Positions 7,920 through 17,449 of a stretch of DNA of 64,000 bases are shown one piece after another. This DNA is from a virus: the IMG/VR virus record IMGVR_UViG_3300045988_154277; one strand, written 5' to 3'. Each line of letters begins with the position of its first letter. Within the stretch, counting starts at the first letter, position 1. The notes under the pieces are model-generated. The model had not been told where the DNA came from, did not search any database, and saw nothing but the letters and a program-made list of their open reading frames with translations. The translations under genes were made by a program, and so were the position numbers.

Positions 7920-10796
7920 TTAGAATGATGGTGGCGGTGGTGTTTCGTCGAAGTTCATGTCCTGAGGTTCTTGTGGTGTACCACCTTCCTCCGGAGCACT
8001 ACCTTGTCCTCCTCCACCTTGATCCACTTGGTCGAATGCCTGATCCAAGTCAGATGCTTGTTCCTCAGGATTCATAGTTCCACCTTCTTCTGGAGCTCCA
8101 CCCGTGGGTTGTTCTCCACCGAACTCATCGGTAGTTCCTCCCATATCGGATCCTCCACCCATATCACCGTACGGGTTATCACCTTGTTCTTCCAGGTGTT
8201 TCCTGGCTTCATCTACGACATATTTCTTGAAGTTATCGAACTTAAGCTTCTGGTTCGTAACGTAGTCGTAGAGATCGAATGCGTTCTTGATGTTGATATC
8301 CTTCGGGAATGGGATATCGAACGAACTCTGGAATCCAACTTGCTTGATGTAATCACGAATCATATCCGATTTAACGGTTTCTCGGAAGAGGGTGAACATC
8401 TCTTTCGCATCCTGATCCATGATCTGATTTTCATTGAAGATCATCTGCAGAACACGATCGATCGCATCCGCATACGAAGTGATCTCTTCGTACTGGGCTT
8501 TGTCGACCACGATCTGAGGAGCAGGCAAGGAAATCTTGATGTTCTTGATCACCGTCTGAAGTTGTTTCTTGATGGAGTCTTTGTTCAGCTCCACTTCCTG
8601 CTTCGACTTCGGAGGTTTCGGATCGGATCCTTCTGCTTCATTGGAAGCTTTCATATCCTTACGGCTCTTGGAAGAGGTCTTCAGGATCTCTTCGATCCTC
8701 TTCTGCAGTGGGGAGGAGTACTTGAGATATGTACGGATCAGCTTGTTTCCGAACTTGGTCGTCGTCTTCTGTTCTCCCTTGATCTTGTTGTTGTACATCA
8801 AGTTCGTAGTAGCAACAGAACGAGAGTATTCCTGTTCCCCTGTTTGGTTAAGAGCAGCATGAGGAACTTCCAACCCGGTGATGATCCAGTTGCTCAGCTG
8901 TTCCAGGAACGCCGTATCAGGAGAGATCGCATTCGCAGATTTCCTATCGGTTGTGATGTTGAGGTTCTCACGAAGTCCTTTCATGTTCTTCGGGAGCAAC
9001 GTAAGTGATCTCTGGAGGAGATCTCGTTGTACCGTCAACGGTTCGTTATCGAACCGCAACATCTTCTTCTCGATGAACGCATCTCGCACCATAGCGAGAT
9101 ACTGTGTGACGTTGGCGTTCTTCTCATCCACATCCACTTCGATGACTTTGTTGTCGATCGCATTCTCTGTGGCAGCCATGATACCGGAGATCAGAAGAAC
9201 CGTTCTCAAGGAGAGAAGTGTACTCAGATCCTCGATACGCGATTTACCAGTTCCATCGATGTGGTAATCATAAGCCATGTACACCATCATGGAAGCTGGG
9301 ACGAATACCAACCCTACTCTCTTACGATCCAAGAGATAACGGAAAAGACAGAGTGTCGTCGCTTCATGCTCTTCGATCGTAGCCCCTGAGAAACCATATT
9401 CTTCCAGTTTGTTGTTGAGCAGGTTCCTCATCGTAAGACCGAACATCATGGCAGTCGCTTTGAAGCGTTGATCGTCGTTGATGCCAGCTGCATATTTGTA
9501 CGCTGCTGGTTGACCGAATGTCGCCTGCATCGCACCTTCTGTCAACTTACGAGGACCGTTGTAGGTAGAACGATCGTAGACATGATCGGTCAATGGAGTA
9601 CCCCACTGGTTCACCAGAATGAAGTAACCGATGTGCTTATCGGGTGCACCAGGGATCGTCACTGGGATCACAGAGGAGTAAGGAAGATCAATCACGGTTG
9701 GATGGTGTTTCTCTTCCAAAGACTCTTCTGTATCGAGAAGATAAGTTGGATTAGCAGCATCCATCAAGAAATGTTCCAGAACTTTCTTCTCCATGTTCTT
9801 CGCAGCACCGTCGTAACGACTCTTCGTATTCAACTTCGTCGCATCGTACGTGATCACAACGGACTTCTTCGCTTCGGAGAACAGCTCCTTGATCGCTTTC
9901 TTGGTCTCTCTTGTGGTTGCAACTACCTCTGGATCTGTGAAGACCTCGTAAGACTTATCACTCAGTCTCCAATTTTCGAACATCTGATCGATATCTGCAT
10001 CGATCTTGTTGAGAAGATCATCATAGTGCTGTTTCTTACGACCCTCTGTTGGACGGATCGTTGGAATAAGCAACTCCATAGATGCGTCTTTGGCGTCGTA
10101 CATCATCGGTGGATCGTTATCATATTCCAGACGTTCACTTCCCATCGTGAAGTTGCCAGGGATCATCTGTTGATTCATCTGAGGATGATTGACATTCTTG
10201 ATGATCTCTTTGACATCGTGACCTGCTTTGATCTCATCGATATCCACCGCCGCATTCAGTGTATCGATATTCACCTGAGGTACTATGAGGATCGGAGAAG
10301 CGCCATCTTGGAAGATGGCTTTCTTCATCCAAGTCTTCATACGAGGAGCCAACTCAAACGTACCGTTGAAGAACTCAGTCAACTCAGAGGAGATCTTATC
10401 TTCGATATCCTGACCGAGATCGGTCTTCTCCAATAAGATCTGAATGCTGTTCGTCTGAAGATCGGTGGGACTGATCACAGAACTCACCCAGATATCGGCA
10501 GCGTCTTTCAGCTCAGGAGCCAACACCCCGAAACTTTGAGCAGTCCGAGACCAATTACCAGCCTGCTGAGAGATACCCAACAGCTGGTCAAGGAATTCAG
10601 AAGTGGAAGGAAGTTGTTCCGTATGGGAACCGTCGGGTGAGTAGATACCAGGAAGGTACCGCATCTCGGTTGGGGTATGAAGAGAGAGTTCGACATCCTG
10701 ATGTTGATCCTGTTCCGGGTTGTCTTCCGGGAACGAAACACCGAGGATTTTGCCTAACCTCTTCAGCCCTCTTGTAAAACTATTGTCTGTAGGCAT
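7920..10796 (-). CDS. Large hypothetical protein (958 aa) with C-terminal acidic Gly-rich low-complexity tail
   Basis: Continuous ORF. The last ~80 aa are GGSDMGGTTDEFGGEQPTGGAPEEGG...PPPPSF. No recognisable catalytic motif. Confidence 0.6.
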   Translation of the reverse strand: MPTDNSFTRGLKRLGKILGVSFPEDNPEQDQHQDVELSLHTPTEMRYLPGIYSPDGSHTEQLPSTSEFLDQLLGISQQAGNWSRTAQSFGVLAPELKDAADIWVSSVISPTDLQTNSIQILLEKTDLGQDIEDKISSELTEFFNGTFELAPRMKTWMKKAIFQDGASPILIVPQVNIDTLNAAVDIDEIKAGHDVKEIIKNVNHPQMNQQMIPGNFTMGSERLEYDNDPPMMYDAKDASMELLIPTIRPTEGRKKQHYDDLLNKIDADIDQMFENWRLSDKSYEVFTDPEVVATTRETKKAIKELFSEAKKSVVITYDATKLNTKSRYDGAAKNMEKKVLEHFLMDAANPTYLLDTEESLEEKHHPTVIDLPYSSVIPVTIPGAPDKHIGYFILVNQWGTPLTDHVYDRSTYNGPRKLTEGAMQATFGQPAAYKYAAGINDDQRFKATAMMFGLTMRNLLNNKLEEYGFSGATIEEHEATTLCLFRYLLDRKRVGLVFVPASMMVYMAYDYHIDGTGKSRIEDLSTLLSLRTVLLISGIMAATENAIDNKVIEVDVDEKNANVTQYLAMVRDAFIEKKMLRFDNEPLTVQRDLLQRSLTLLPKNMKGLRENLNITTDRKSANAISPDTAFLEQLSNWIITGLEVPHAALNQTGEQEYSRSVATTNLMYNNKIKGEQKTTTKFGNKLIRTYLKYSSPLQKRIEEILKTSSKSRKDMKASNEAEGSDPKPPKSKQEVELNKDSIKKQLQTVIKNIKISLPAPQIVVDKAQYEEITSYADAIDRVLQMIFNENQIMDQDAKEMFTLFRETVKSDMIRDYIKQVGFQSSFDIPFPKDINIKNAFDLYDYVTNQKLKFDNFKKYVVDEARKHLEEQGDNPYGDMGGGSDMGGTTDEFGGEQPTGGAPEEGGTMNPEEQASDLDQAFDQVDQGGGGQGSAPEEGGTPQEPQDMNFDETPPPPSF

Positions 10797-10829
10797 CCTA
10801 TGCTCAAACCTTTAAATTAGGAGGTTCAA

Positions 10830-13661
10830 TTGGTTCAGTTAGAATTATACATCAGGGAACCGATCAACTTCTTGAGGACTCTTACACTGAAGAACAGTCA
10901 CTTCGCTGATCTGATTTGGAAGAACGATGTACAACCTGAGTATCAGGATCGATTACCCACTGAGTTGAACCCGTATTACCGGCATATTCGTGGGGAATAT
11001 ATCCTTGCCAATGATACAACGGAAGTGTTCGGAGTTCAGATCCCGAATCATCGGATCTATCGACGTCTCGATGAGATGATTTACATCCAATCTCTCGATA
11101 CGCAACAGCAAGTTCCTTTTACCAAAGAGACGCTTGCTAAGCATCCGAAGACAGCTTCGTTGTATAGGATACCGAATTCCTATTACACAAAACTGTGCGA
11201 GAGCTACCCTCAATATAGCGACTTAATCAAGTCCATCGTGTATCCCATCCAAGAGGAAGTCTGGTGTCCAAGACACCAGCGTATGGAGACGATTGAAACA
11301 GCAGATAACTACACGATCTTCGGATATGATGAAGATATGTTCCAAGAGAACGAACGTACCTCAATCTACACGGCGCTTAAGACAACCCTTGAAATGGTTC
11401 GTGTCCGTTGGGATGTGAAGGAGTTCGACTACGAAGACATGTTCCCGATCGTACATCAGGGGATCTTGTGGCATCTTCTATATCTGACGATCTTCGGACA
11501 GAGGATCCTCAACGTCCGTACCTCCAAGGTACATGAGTTCCATATCTGGAGCTATCTCAATAGCAAGGGTATCGGTGATTACAGAGATGTTCTTTCTTTG
11601 AACCAGGCTCTGTTCTTGTACCGTAACATCAACTATCTGTTGAAGAACAAAGGAACTCAGAAGAACTTCAGTATCCTGATCGGTGCACTTCTCAGACCGA
11701 TGAATGTTTCTCTGTACAGCAAGTCTATCGTGCAGGATGTTACCAGAGGTACTTCTTCTGTTGTCACATCCGGTACAAGTGATGTTGATACGGTCGTTAA
11801 ACCGAAGACGGTTGTCTTGGATCACAACACGTTGAGCGCTTCGTTTTCGAACACTTGTAAACCGTATCCTCAGATCTTGTCGAATGTTGCTGGAGATGAT
11901 GCGATCATCGAACAGGCGGAATGTCTTGTGGATAACACCAGACATCGCGAGTATGGTAAAGCGGTTGATATCGTACAGAGGATCCTGAACCAGTACAAAA
12001 TGGGAGATGGATACACTCGGGTAGAGGAGATGAACACCGGTACGATCGAGGCAACATCGATCACGTACGATAAAGAACAGGAATCCTATCTGGAATACCA
12101 AGATGAGAACTTGTTTGAAGTATCTACTGACAAACAAGACCGTCGATTCGCTGTTACTCCTCACACTTTCTTAGATACGAAAGCTCACGAGATCGACAGA
12201 AACATCACGTCTACTCTGTATAACCAAGTGTATGCGAAGTTCGTTCAAGAGTCGATCTTGTACCGTGCATCCGAGAAAGACCTGAACTTCAGTATCATCA
12301 TAACTCCACCGGATACCAAAGTACCGCTTGCACTGGATGCAGATCAAGTGGTCGCTCTGTTGCTGTACTGTGCGTGTCGGGAAGTTGGGATCACTTTGGA
12401 GAAACCCCCTGTTGCTGCAGAAGTCATGTGGCCGTATAAGAAGGAGTTCCCGGAGATCCCTGAGATCTTCCACTATCAAGGGCACAAGAGACATACGAAA
12501 TCTTACCTCACGGATTACGGGTTTACCGATATGGTACCCTACCCCCTACCGCTCATCTCAGCGGACGATATGGCAGAAAAGATCCACAGCCAGGCGATCA
12601 ACTTTTTGCACAACTTCATCGAAGTGCATCGATCTGCATCATCGATCCACATGGAGATCTTGTTGAAGGTCTACCAGCAGAGATGCGTGAAAGGTTGGAT
12701 CCCGTTGAGTCTGATCAATAACATCCCATACACACAGTTCTTCCGTGTCGTAGATGGATTAGCAGATGTGATCGAACAGTACGACGCCAGTGTTGGTCCA
12801 GAACTGGAATATTCAAGGTTCTTCGATGCCTTAATGGAACAGTTCTATCCTGTGGATACTCCTCTTCTCCTGGAGAGTGAGACTGCTCTGAACGAGAAGT
12901 ATCGCAGAGTGAAACAGTTCTTCGTTGAGATGTGTTCGTACAACATCACGTTCTTCGATCACATCGAAGGGATGACGAACGTATCTCATACATTCTGGCA
13001 CAGTACGTTCGATGTACAGAAGAATATCCAGATCGCACGATTCGAATACATGTGGCATGAGTACTCCATGAAGTGGATGATCCATCATGTGTTCCAAGTC
13101 CCAACGGAACTACTGTTCCGTATGGATGTCCACGGACCTTACGAATACATCTATCGATACGTGTGGGAACTGTGTGATTTCACAGATATCAAACTGGAAC
13201 ATGTCATCCGAACTTACTTCACTTTGTGTGAACGAGATCTGGACATCTCCGGTAAGCTACAACCCAGATGGGAACGTCGCGATAACACGATCACCGATAC
13301 GATCCGAGTAGATCTCGGTGATGATCCGAATATGTACGATCATTACGATCTCACTCAAGAAGAACAAAGTCACTACATGGCTTGTCGTCAAGAGGATCGT
13401 GCGGATGGAAAACGTGTGAAGATATACACTCCATATCCTCAGCATGATCCGAATGATGGTGTGATCATTACCCATTTCAGCATGGGTGTTGAATCCTGGT
13501 CTCCATCGGGAAGTGTAACACCTGTATATCAGAACAACAATGTGGTTGAAGTAATCGAGGAGAAATCTCAATCGTGGAATGAGATCCCAGATTACAAGTT
13601 GATCACAGAGAATGAAACAACAACCTTTGAAAAGATTAACCATAACTACGTAGGAGTTTAA
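10830..13661 (+). CDS. Large hypothetical protein (943 aa, TTG start)
   Basis: TTG start preceded by TAGGAGGTTCAA. Diverges from the 958-aa gene with only 33 bp between the start codons. Confidence 0.6.
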   Translation: MVQLELYIREPINFLRTLTLKNSHFADLIWKNDVQPEYQDRLPTELNPYYRHIRGEYILANDTTEVFGVQIPNHRIYRRLDEMIYIQSLDTQQQVPFTKETLAKHPKTASLYRIPNSYYTKLCESYPQYSDLIKSIVYPIQEEVWCPRHQRMETIETADNYTIFGYDEDMFQENERTSIYTALKTTLEMVRVRWDVKEFDYEDMFPIVHQGILWHLLYLTIFGQRILNVRTSKVHEFHIWSYLNSKGIGDYRDVLSLNQALFLYRNINYLLKNKGTQKNFSILIGALLRPMNVSLYSKSIVQDVTRGTSSVVTSGTSDVDTVVKPKTVVLDHNTLSASFSNTCKPYPQILSNVAGDDAIIEQAECLVDNTRHREYGKAVDIVQRILNQYKMGDGYTRVEEMNTGTIEATSITYDKEQESYLEYQDENLFEVSTDKQDRRFAVTPHTFLDTKAHEIDRNITSTLYNQVYAKFVQESILYRASEKDLNFSIIITPPDTKVPLALDADQVVALLLYCACREVGITLEKPPVAAEVMWPYKKEFPEIPEIFHYQGHKRHTKSYLTDYGFTDMVPYPLPLISADDMAEKIHSQAINFLHNFIEVHRSASSIHMEILLKVYQQRCVKGWIPLSLINNIPYTQFFRVVDGLADVIEQYDASVGPELEYSRFFDALMEQFYPVDTPLLLESETALNEKYRRVKQFFVEMCSYNITFFDHIEGMTNVSHTFWHSTFDVQKNIQIARFEYMWHEYSMKWMIHHVFQVPTELLFRMDVHGPYEYIYRYVWELCDFTDIKLEHVIRTYFTLCERDLDISGKLQPRWERRDNTITDTIRVDLGDDPNMYDHYDLTQEEQSHYMACRQEDRADGKRVKIYTPYPQHDPNDGVIITHFSMGVESWSPSGSVTPVYQNNNVVEVIEEKSQSWNEIPDYKLITENETTTFEKINHNYVGV

Positions 13662-13667
13662 TCGATC

Positions 13668-14501
13668 ATGGCAGATACTGTTTTCAAATCTGCGGGTTCC
13701 GTAACAACGATCATCGGAGCCATGAACCAGTTCCAAGCTTTCGCTGACTTGGACTTCGTGGAAGACCTCAGAACCACGTTGAACACCAAGTACAACATCC
13801 TGGCGGAACGTCGTCCGTCTACGGTACCGATGCTTCGTTACTTCGGGATCGGTGTTCGTGGATATCAGAACACGGATGGCAACCAAGGTGCTCTTCCGTT
13901 CAGCCCTAAAGCTACGGATATGGATCTGTACACTCCGATCCCGTTCCGGTGTGTCCCTGCAACCAACGATCTGACTCAAACCGAACGTCAGAAATATCGC
14001 ATGCGTGTTCGTGCCACCTATAACGGTGTCGAATACATCTGTTACTATCTCAAAACGATCACCTGGGACCCTTCCCATATTGAGCTGGTCCAGAAAGATA
14101 CAGATGATGTTGAGACCCCATACGCTCTGGATCCATCCAACCTGAACCCGGAACCTCCAACATTCGAGACTGGTGGTTCTATCGACACGAACCTGAACCG
14201 TGTGATCGTTCGTGCGACTGGTGTCTGTGAAGTCACTGGTTCGGAAGTGATGGAAGCCGTGAATGTCATCTACGGTGCGAATCTGATGTATGCACGTATC
14301 AGTGAGTTCGGGTTCTACACTGGATGTGAAGTCGGTGTGGATGCGGATGAACAGCCTGTGGATGGATCCGGTGTCAATACCGAAGCAACCTATGTTCAAC
14401 TGTGCAAGAAACGCTGCACACTCGGTACCGATCTGAGTGATCCTGGTTCCTATATGAGACCTTACATCTCGTTTGAATCGAGCTGCTGTCTCGAGATCTA
14501 A
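13668..14501 (+). CDS. Hypothetical protein (277 aa)
   Basis: Begins 7 nt after the upstream stop; same operon. Confidence 0.55.
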   Translation: MADTVFKSAGSVTTIIGAMNQFQAFADLDFVEDLRTTLNTKYNILAERRPSTVPMLRYFGIGVRGYQNTDGNQGALPFSPKATDMDLYTPIPFRCVPATNDLTQTERQKYRMRVRATYNGVEYICYYLKTITWDPSHIELVQKDTDDVETPYALDPSNLNPEPPTFETGGSIDTNLNRVIVRATGVCEVTGSEVMEAVNVIYGANLMYARISEFGFYTGCEVGVDADEQPVDGSGVNTEATYVQLCKKRCTLGTDLSDPGSYMRPYISFESSCCLEI

Positions 14502-14519
14502 TCGAAGACAAAAGAAGAA

Positions 14520-14555
14520 CTACTAGAGAAGAGAGTAACATCTCTTCTCTAGTAG
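14520..14555 (-). terminator. Terminator hairpin followed by UUCUUCUUUUGUC on the minus strand
   Basis: 15-bp stem ctactagagaagaga/tctcttctctagtag. Shares the TTCTTCTTTTGT tail found after several terminators. Confidence 0.6.
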
Positions 14556-14561
14556 TATCAT

Positions 14562-14807
14562 CTATCGGATCAGGGAACATATCGTATCTTCGGTGTAGCA
14601 TGTGGATGATCCATTCACATAGATCTCTGTGACCTCATCCACCGAGTCACAGTTCAGAGTTACTTGTTGACGACCGTCATCGGTCGTGATATCGATCTCT
14701 GGGAACTCCACAGGGACGATGTGTCCGTATTCCTCTGTGTCTTTTCCTTTGATCTTGACCGATCTTACACCGTGTTTTGCTAAGAGTTCCAATAAGAATA
14801 CATTCAC
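14562..14807 (-). CDS. Small acidic hypothetical protein (81 aa, GTG start)
   Basis: RBS GAAGGAGG 5 nt before the GTG. Confidence 0.5.
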   Translation of the reverse strand: MNVFLLELLAKHGVRSVKIKGKDTEEYGHIVPVEFPEIDITTDDGRQQVTLNCDSVDEVTEIYVNGSSTCYTEDTICSLIR

Positions 14808-14902
14808 GGGAACCTCCTTCAGTTAGTGTTGCGTTACCATACCATACTTTCCTATTATCTGTTATCATTTTGTGAAGAACCGACCGTCTCTGTTACATTG
14901 CA

Positions 14903-15097
14903 CTACAGCGGCACGACAGTTACGTCACCAAGGAGATCCTGTTTTGTAACGGGAGTCTTGGCTAATGTATCCATCGACAACTTGTTCTCAGACATAGCTT
15001 TTGCTATACCTTTAAGAAACACAGTGGTTTGCGGTTTCTGAACGAGAGTTGGAATTGGAAGGGTGATTCCATTTCTAACGATAGTTCTTGTATACAT
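14903..15097 (-). CDS. Small early protein, paralog 2 of a tandem pair (64 aa)
   Basis: RBS AAAGGAGG. Protein aligns with 15204..15395 (RTPVTxQDLL, PTLxxQK). The upstream intergenic sequence is also duplicated. Confidence 0.6.
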   Translation of the reverse strand: MYTRTIVRNGITLPIPTLVQKPQTTVFLKGIAKAMSENKLSMDTLAKTPVTKQDLLGDVTVVPL

Positions 15098-15203
15098 ACG
15101 GCACCTCCTTTCACCGTCGTTACCTTAGACGGGGTGAAGTTCAACGTAGTGGTATAACAAGACGATCGGCTCTTCTCAAAATCCTGACAGAGTGTATCAC
15201 AGC

Positions 15204-15395
15204 TCAACCGAGTGGTGTGACAATGGCATTCACCAAGAGGTCCTGTGCTGTGACAGGAGTCCTAGCCAATTGATCCATCGTCGTCCGATTTTCTTTTAGA
15301 AGAGTTGCTGTCTTCTTCAAGAATGGTGTGACACGTGATTTCTGAGTAATCAGAGTGGGTACACGCACACGGGTCGAATTTGTATAGTGATTCAT
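15204..15395 (-). CDS. Small early protein, paralog 1 of a tandem pair (63 aa)
   Basis: RBS AAAGGAGG. First gene after promoter P2. Confidence 0.6.
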   Translation of the reverse strand: MNHYTNSTRVRVPTLITQKSRVTPFLKKTATLLKENRTTMDQLARTPVTAQDLLVNAIVTPLG

Positions 15396-15478
15396 GTTGG
15401 ACCTCCTTTCTCCACCGTTACCTTAGGTGGTGTTGTGTTTAGTGGTTAAGTTGTGATCCTCTGTCAGGTACTCATTAA

Positions 15479-15499
15479 GTAATATATACGTGAAAAACG
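15479..15499 (-). promoter_or_regulatory. Early-type promoter P2 (core TATATATTAC)
   Basis: Sits in a ~55-nt cassette identical to the one at 29850 (ctgtcaggtactcattaagtaatatatacgtgaaaaacgatgaactacactg). Confidence 0.6.
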
Positions 15500-15504
15500 A
15501 TGAA

Positions 15505-15541
15505 CTACACTGAGGGTGCTGACTACGCACCCTCAGTGTAG
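15505..15541 (-). terminator. Terminator hairpin (ctacactgagggtgc...gcaccctcagtgtag)
   Basis: 15-bp stem after stop 15615. The minus-strand tail UUCAUCGUUUUUCACG runs into the promoter. Confidence 0.6.
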
Positions 15542-15614
15542 TTGTGTTATTATACAAAAAAGATAGTGATAACAGAGATGTCCGGACATCTCTGTTATCA
15601 CTTAGTGTGTAAGG

Positions 15615-17318
15615 TTACACCATCATCTTCACCGGCATCAGCCTGATCCAGTCATCGGAGGTGCGCACTGCGATGTAGGAGATCAGAACATTCGAACACG
15701 GCTGGAAGAAGATCGTGAACGTACGAGGATCATTCTGCTTGGACTTCACCATGAAGTACTCACAGTGAGAGGACGGTTTTTCCGGACCACCAAGATCCTG
15801 GGGTTCACAGTTGAACCTGAAGTTCGGCAGTAACATACCGTTGAACGGAAGCGTGGTATACACGACGTTCCTGTTCTTCATACGGACAACCGTATATCTG
15901 AGCAACAGGTCGATCATGTTGGTATAGATCTGCATCGCCTCCAGTGCCTGCGGAGTCTTCTCACCATCGTTGTCGGTATGGAGAGACATCTCACGATATC
16001 TTGCGATATCGCGGATCGGGTGCCCATCCACCAAGACATTGCCATAAACAGCGATGTAGTCGTTCAGACCCTCCGGTGTATTGGGATCGCTCAGCTGGAT
16101 ATCGAGGATCGACTTCAAGATCGTGGAACGAGCCACTGTGTTCAGACGATCACGGAACCCAGCCTGGGACCGAAGTTTGTCGACTTTGGCATCCACCGTC
16201 TCTTCCAAGTCCAGATAGGACAGCAGTTCCCTCAGTGAGTTGATCTTGAACGAACTGTCGGACGGATCCACCGTATTGTCATACAAAGCACCATACATGG
16301 CTGCCATGTTGAACTCCAGGATGAAGATCCCTTCCAACCTGTTCTTGAGATTGGCTTTCAGTTCGCCGAGGATGGCTTCCATGTTGCGGATATATGCACA
16401 CTTGGAGTTCGCCGGAGATGCTTTCGCCATCTCTTTCAGCTTCTTGATCACCGCTTCCGATTCTGCTCTGGGAACCTCATAGGCTTGCAACTGGTTGTAG
16501 TTGACCGATATGTACCTCTCTCTGGAGAGACAGTCCCGCATCCCATGGATCGCCGTCTCGACGGCTTCCTTCGGAGATACGAATCCACGATCCGTATCGA
16601 TCGTAGCCATATCGATCTCCTCTTCCGTAGCGGCATCCTTGTACTGGACGATCGTACCATCACCCCAACCGAGGTGAACATCCGTACCCGCACGACCACT
16701 TTCCGTATTGGTGACCAAGACCGGGGGATTGTAGAGTTCGGGAAGGTCCATCTTCTTCGTCCAGGTCTTCAGATCGGTACCTTCCGAAGACGGCTGCGGC
16801 TGTTGTACAGGCTGCTGAGGCGGAGTGACGATCTGTGTGTTCACCGGAGCTGCTTGCGGGGCAGTCGGAGGCGTCACCACACCATTCGGGTTCGCATAGA
16901 ACCCACCCTGATGAGGAACCGGAGCTTGAACCTGCCCAGTGAACAGAGAGGTTGTCTGATATCCGTTGTTCGCCAACATCGGGTTGTACATCTGAGGTTG
17001 TACCACAACGCCGTTGGTATACTGCGGCTGGTACATCGCCTGACGCTGAACCTGAGCGAACCTGGCAAGCATCTGCTGGATGAGATTCGACAGATACTGC
17101 TGGATCTGTTGATCCGTCGGTTCCGTTCCAAGGGGGAACTTGTTGAAGATAAGGTTGACGAACTCACCGAAGTGCTGGTTGAACTCGTTCACCAGATACG
17201 GCTGGACGTTGGGCAGGATCTGCCCATTGGCGACGAAGGTCTGCAGCATGTTGTTGAACAGAGCATTCACCCTGTTCGAGAACATCGCTGTCGGCGTGTA
17301 GCTAATATTAGCCATAAT
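15615..17318 (-). CDS. Hypothetical protein with Gln/Pro-rich N-terminal region (about 567 aa, start MANISY)
   Basis: RBS TAGGAGAAAACATT before the ATG at 17318. No RNAP motifs. Confidence 0.55.
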   Translation of the reverse strand: MMANISYTPTAMFSNRVNALFNNMLQTFVANGQILPNVQPYLVNEFNQHFGEFVNLIFNKFPLGTEPTDQQIQQYLSNLIQQMLARFAQVQRQAMYQPQYTNGVVVQPQMYNPMLANNGYQTTSLFTGQVQAPVPHQGGFYANPNGVVTPPTAPQAAPVNTQIVTPPQQPVQQPQPSSEGTDLKTWTKKMDLPELYNPPVLVTNTESGRAGTDVHLGWGDGTIVQYKDAATEEEIDMATIDTDRGFVSPKEAVETAIHGMRDCLSRERYISVNYNQLQAYEVPRAESEAVIKKLKEMAKASPANSKCAYIRNMEAILGELKANLKNRLEGIFILEFNMAAMYGALYDNTVDPSDSSFKINSLRELLSYLDLEETVDAKVDKLRSQAGFRDRLNTVARSTILKSILDIQLSDPNTPEGLNDYIAVYGNVLVDGHPIRDIARYREMSLHTDNDGEKTPQALEAMQIYTNMIDLLLRYTVVRMKNRNVVYTTLPFNGMLLPNFRFNCEPQDLGGPEKPSSHCEYFMVKSKQNDPRTFTIFFQPCSNVLISYIAVRTSDDWIRLMPVKMMV

Positions 17319-17449
17319 GTTTTCTCCTATGCATAGATTACTTAAGTGACCAGTTGGACGACTGACCACGGGTCATTAGTCGAATACGTGCGAGATTTCT
17401 TTATACCAGGACGGTATGATAAAGAAACCTGTCTCCATGTCGACTTGGA

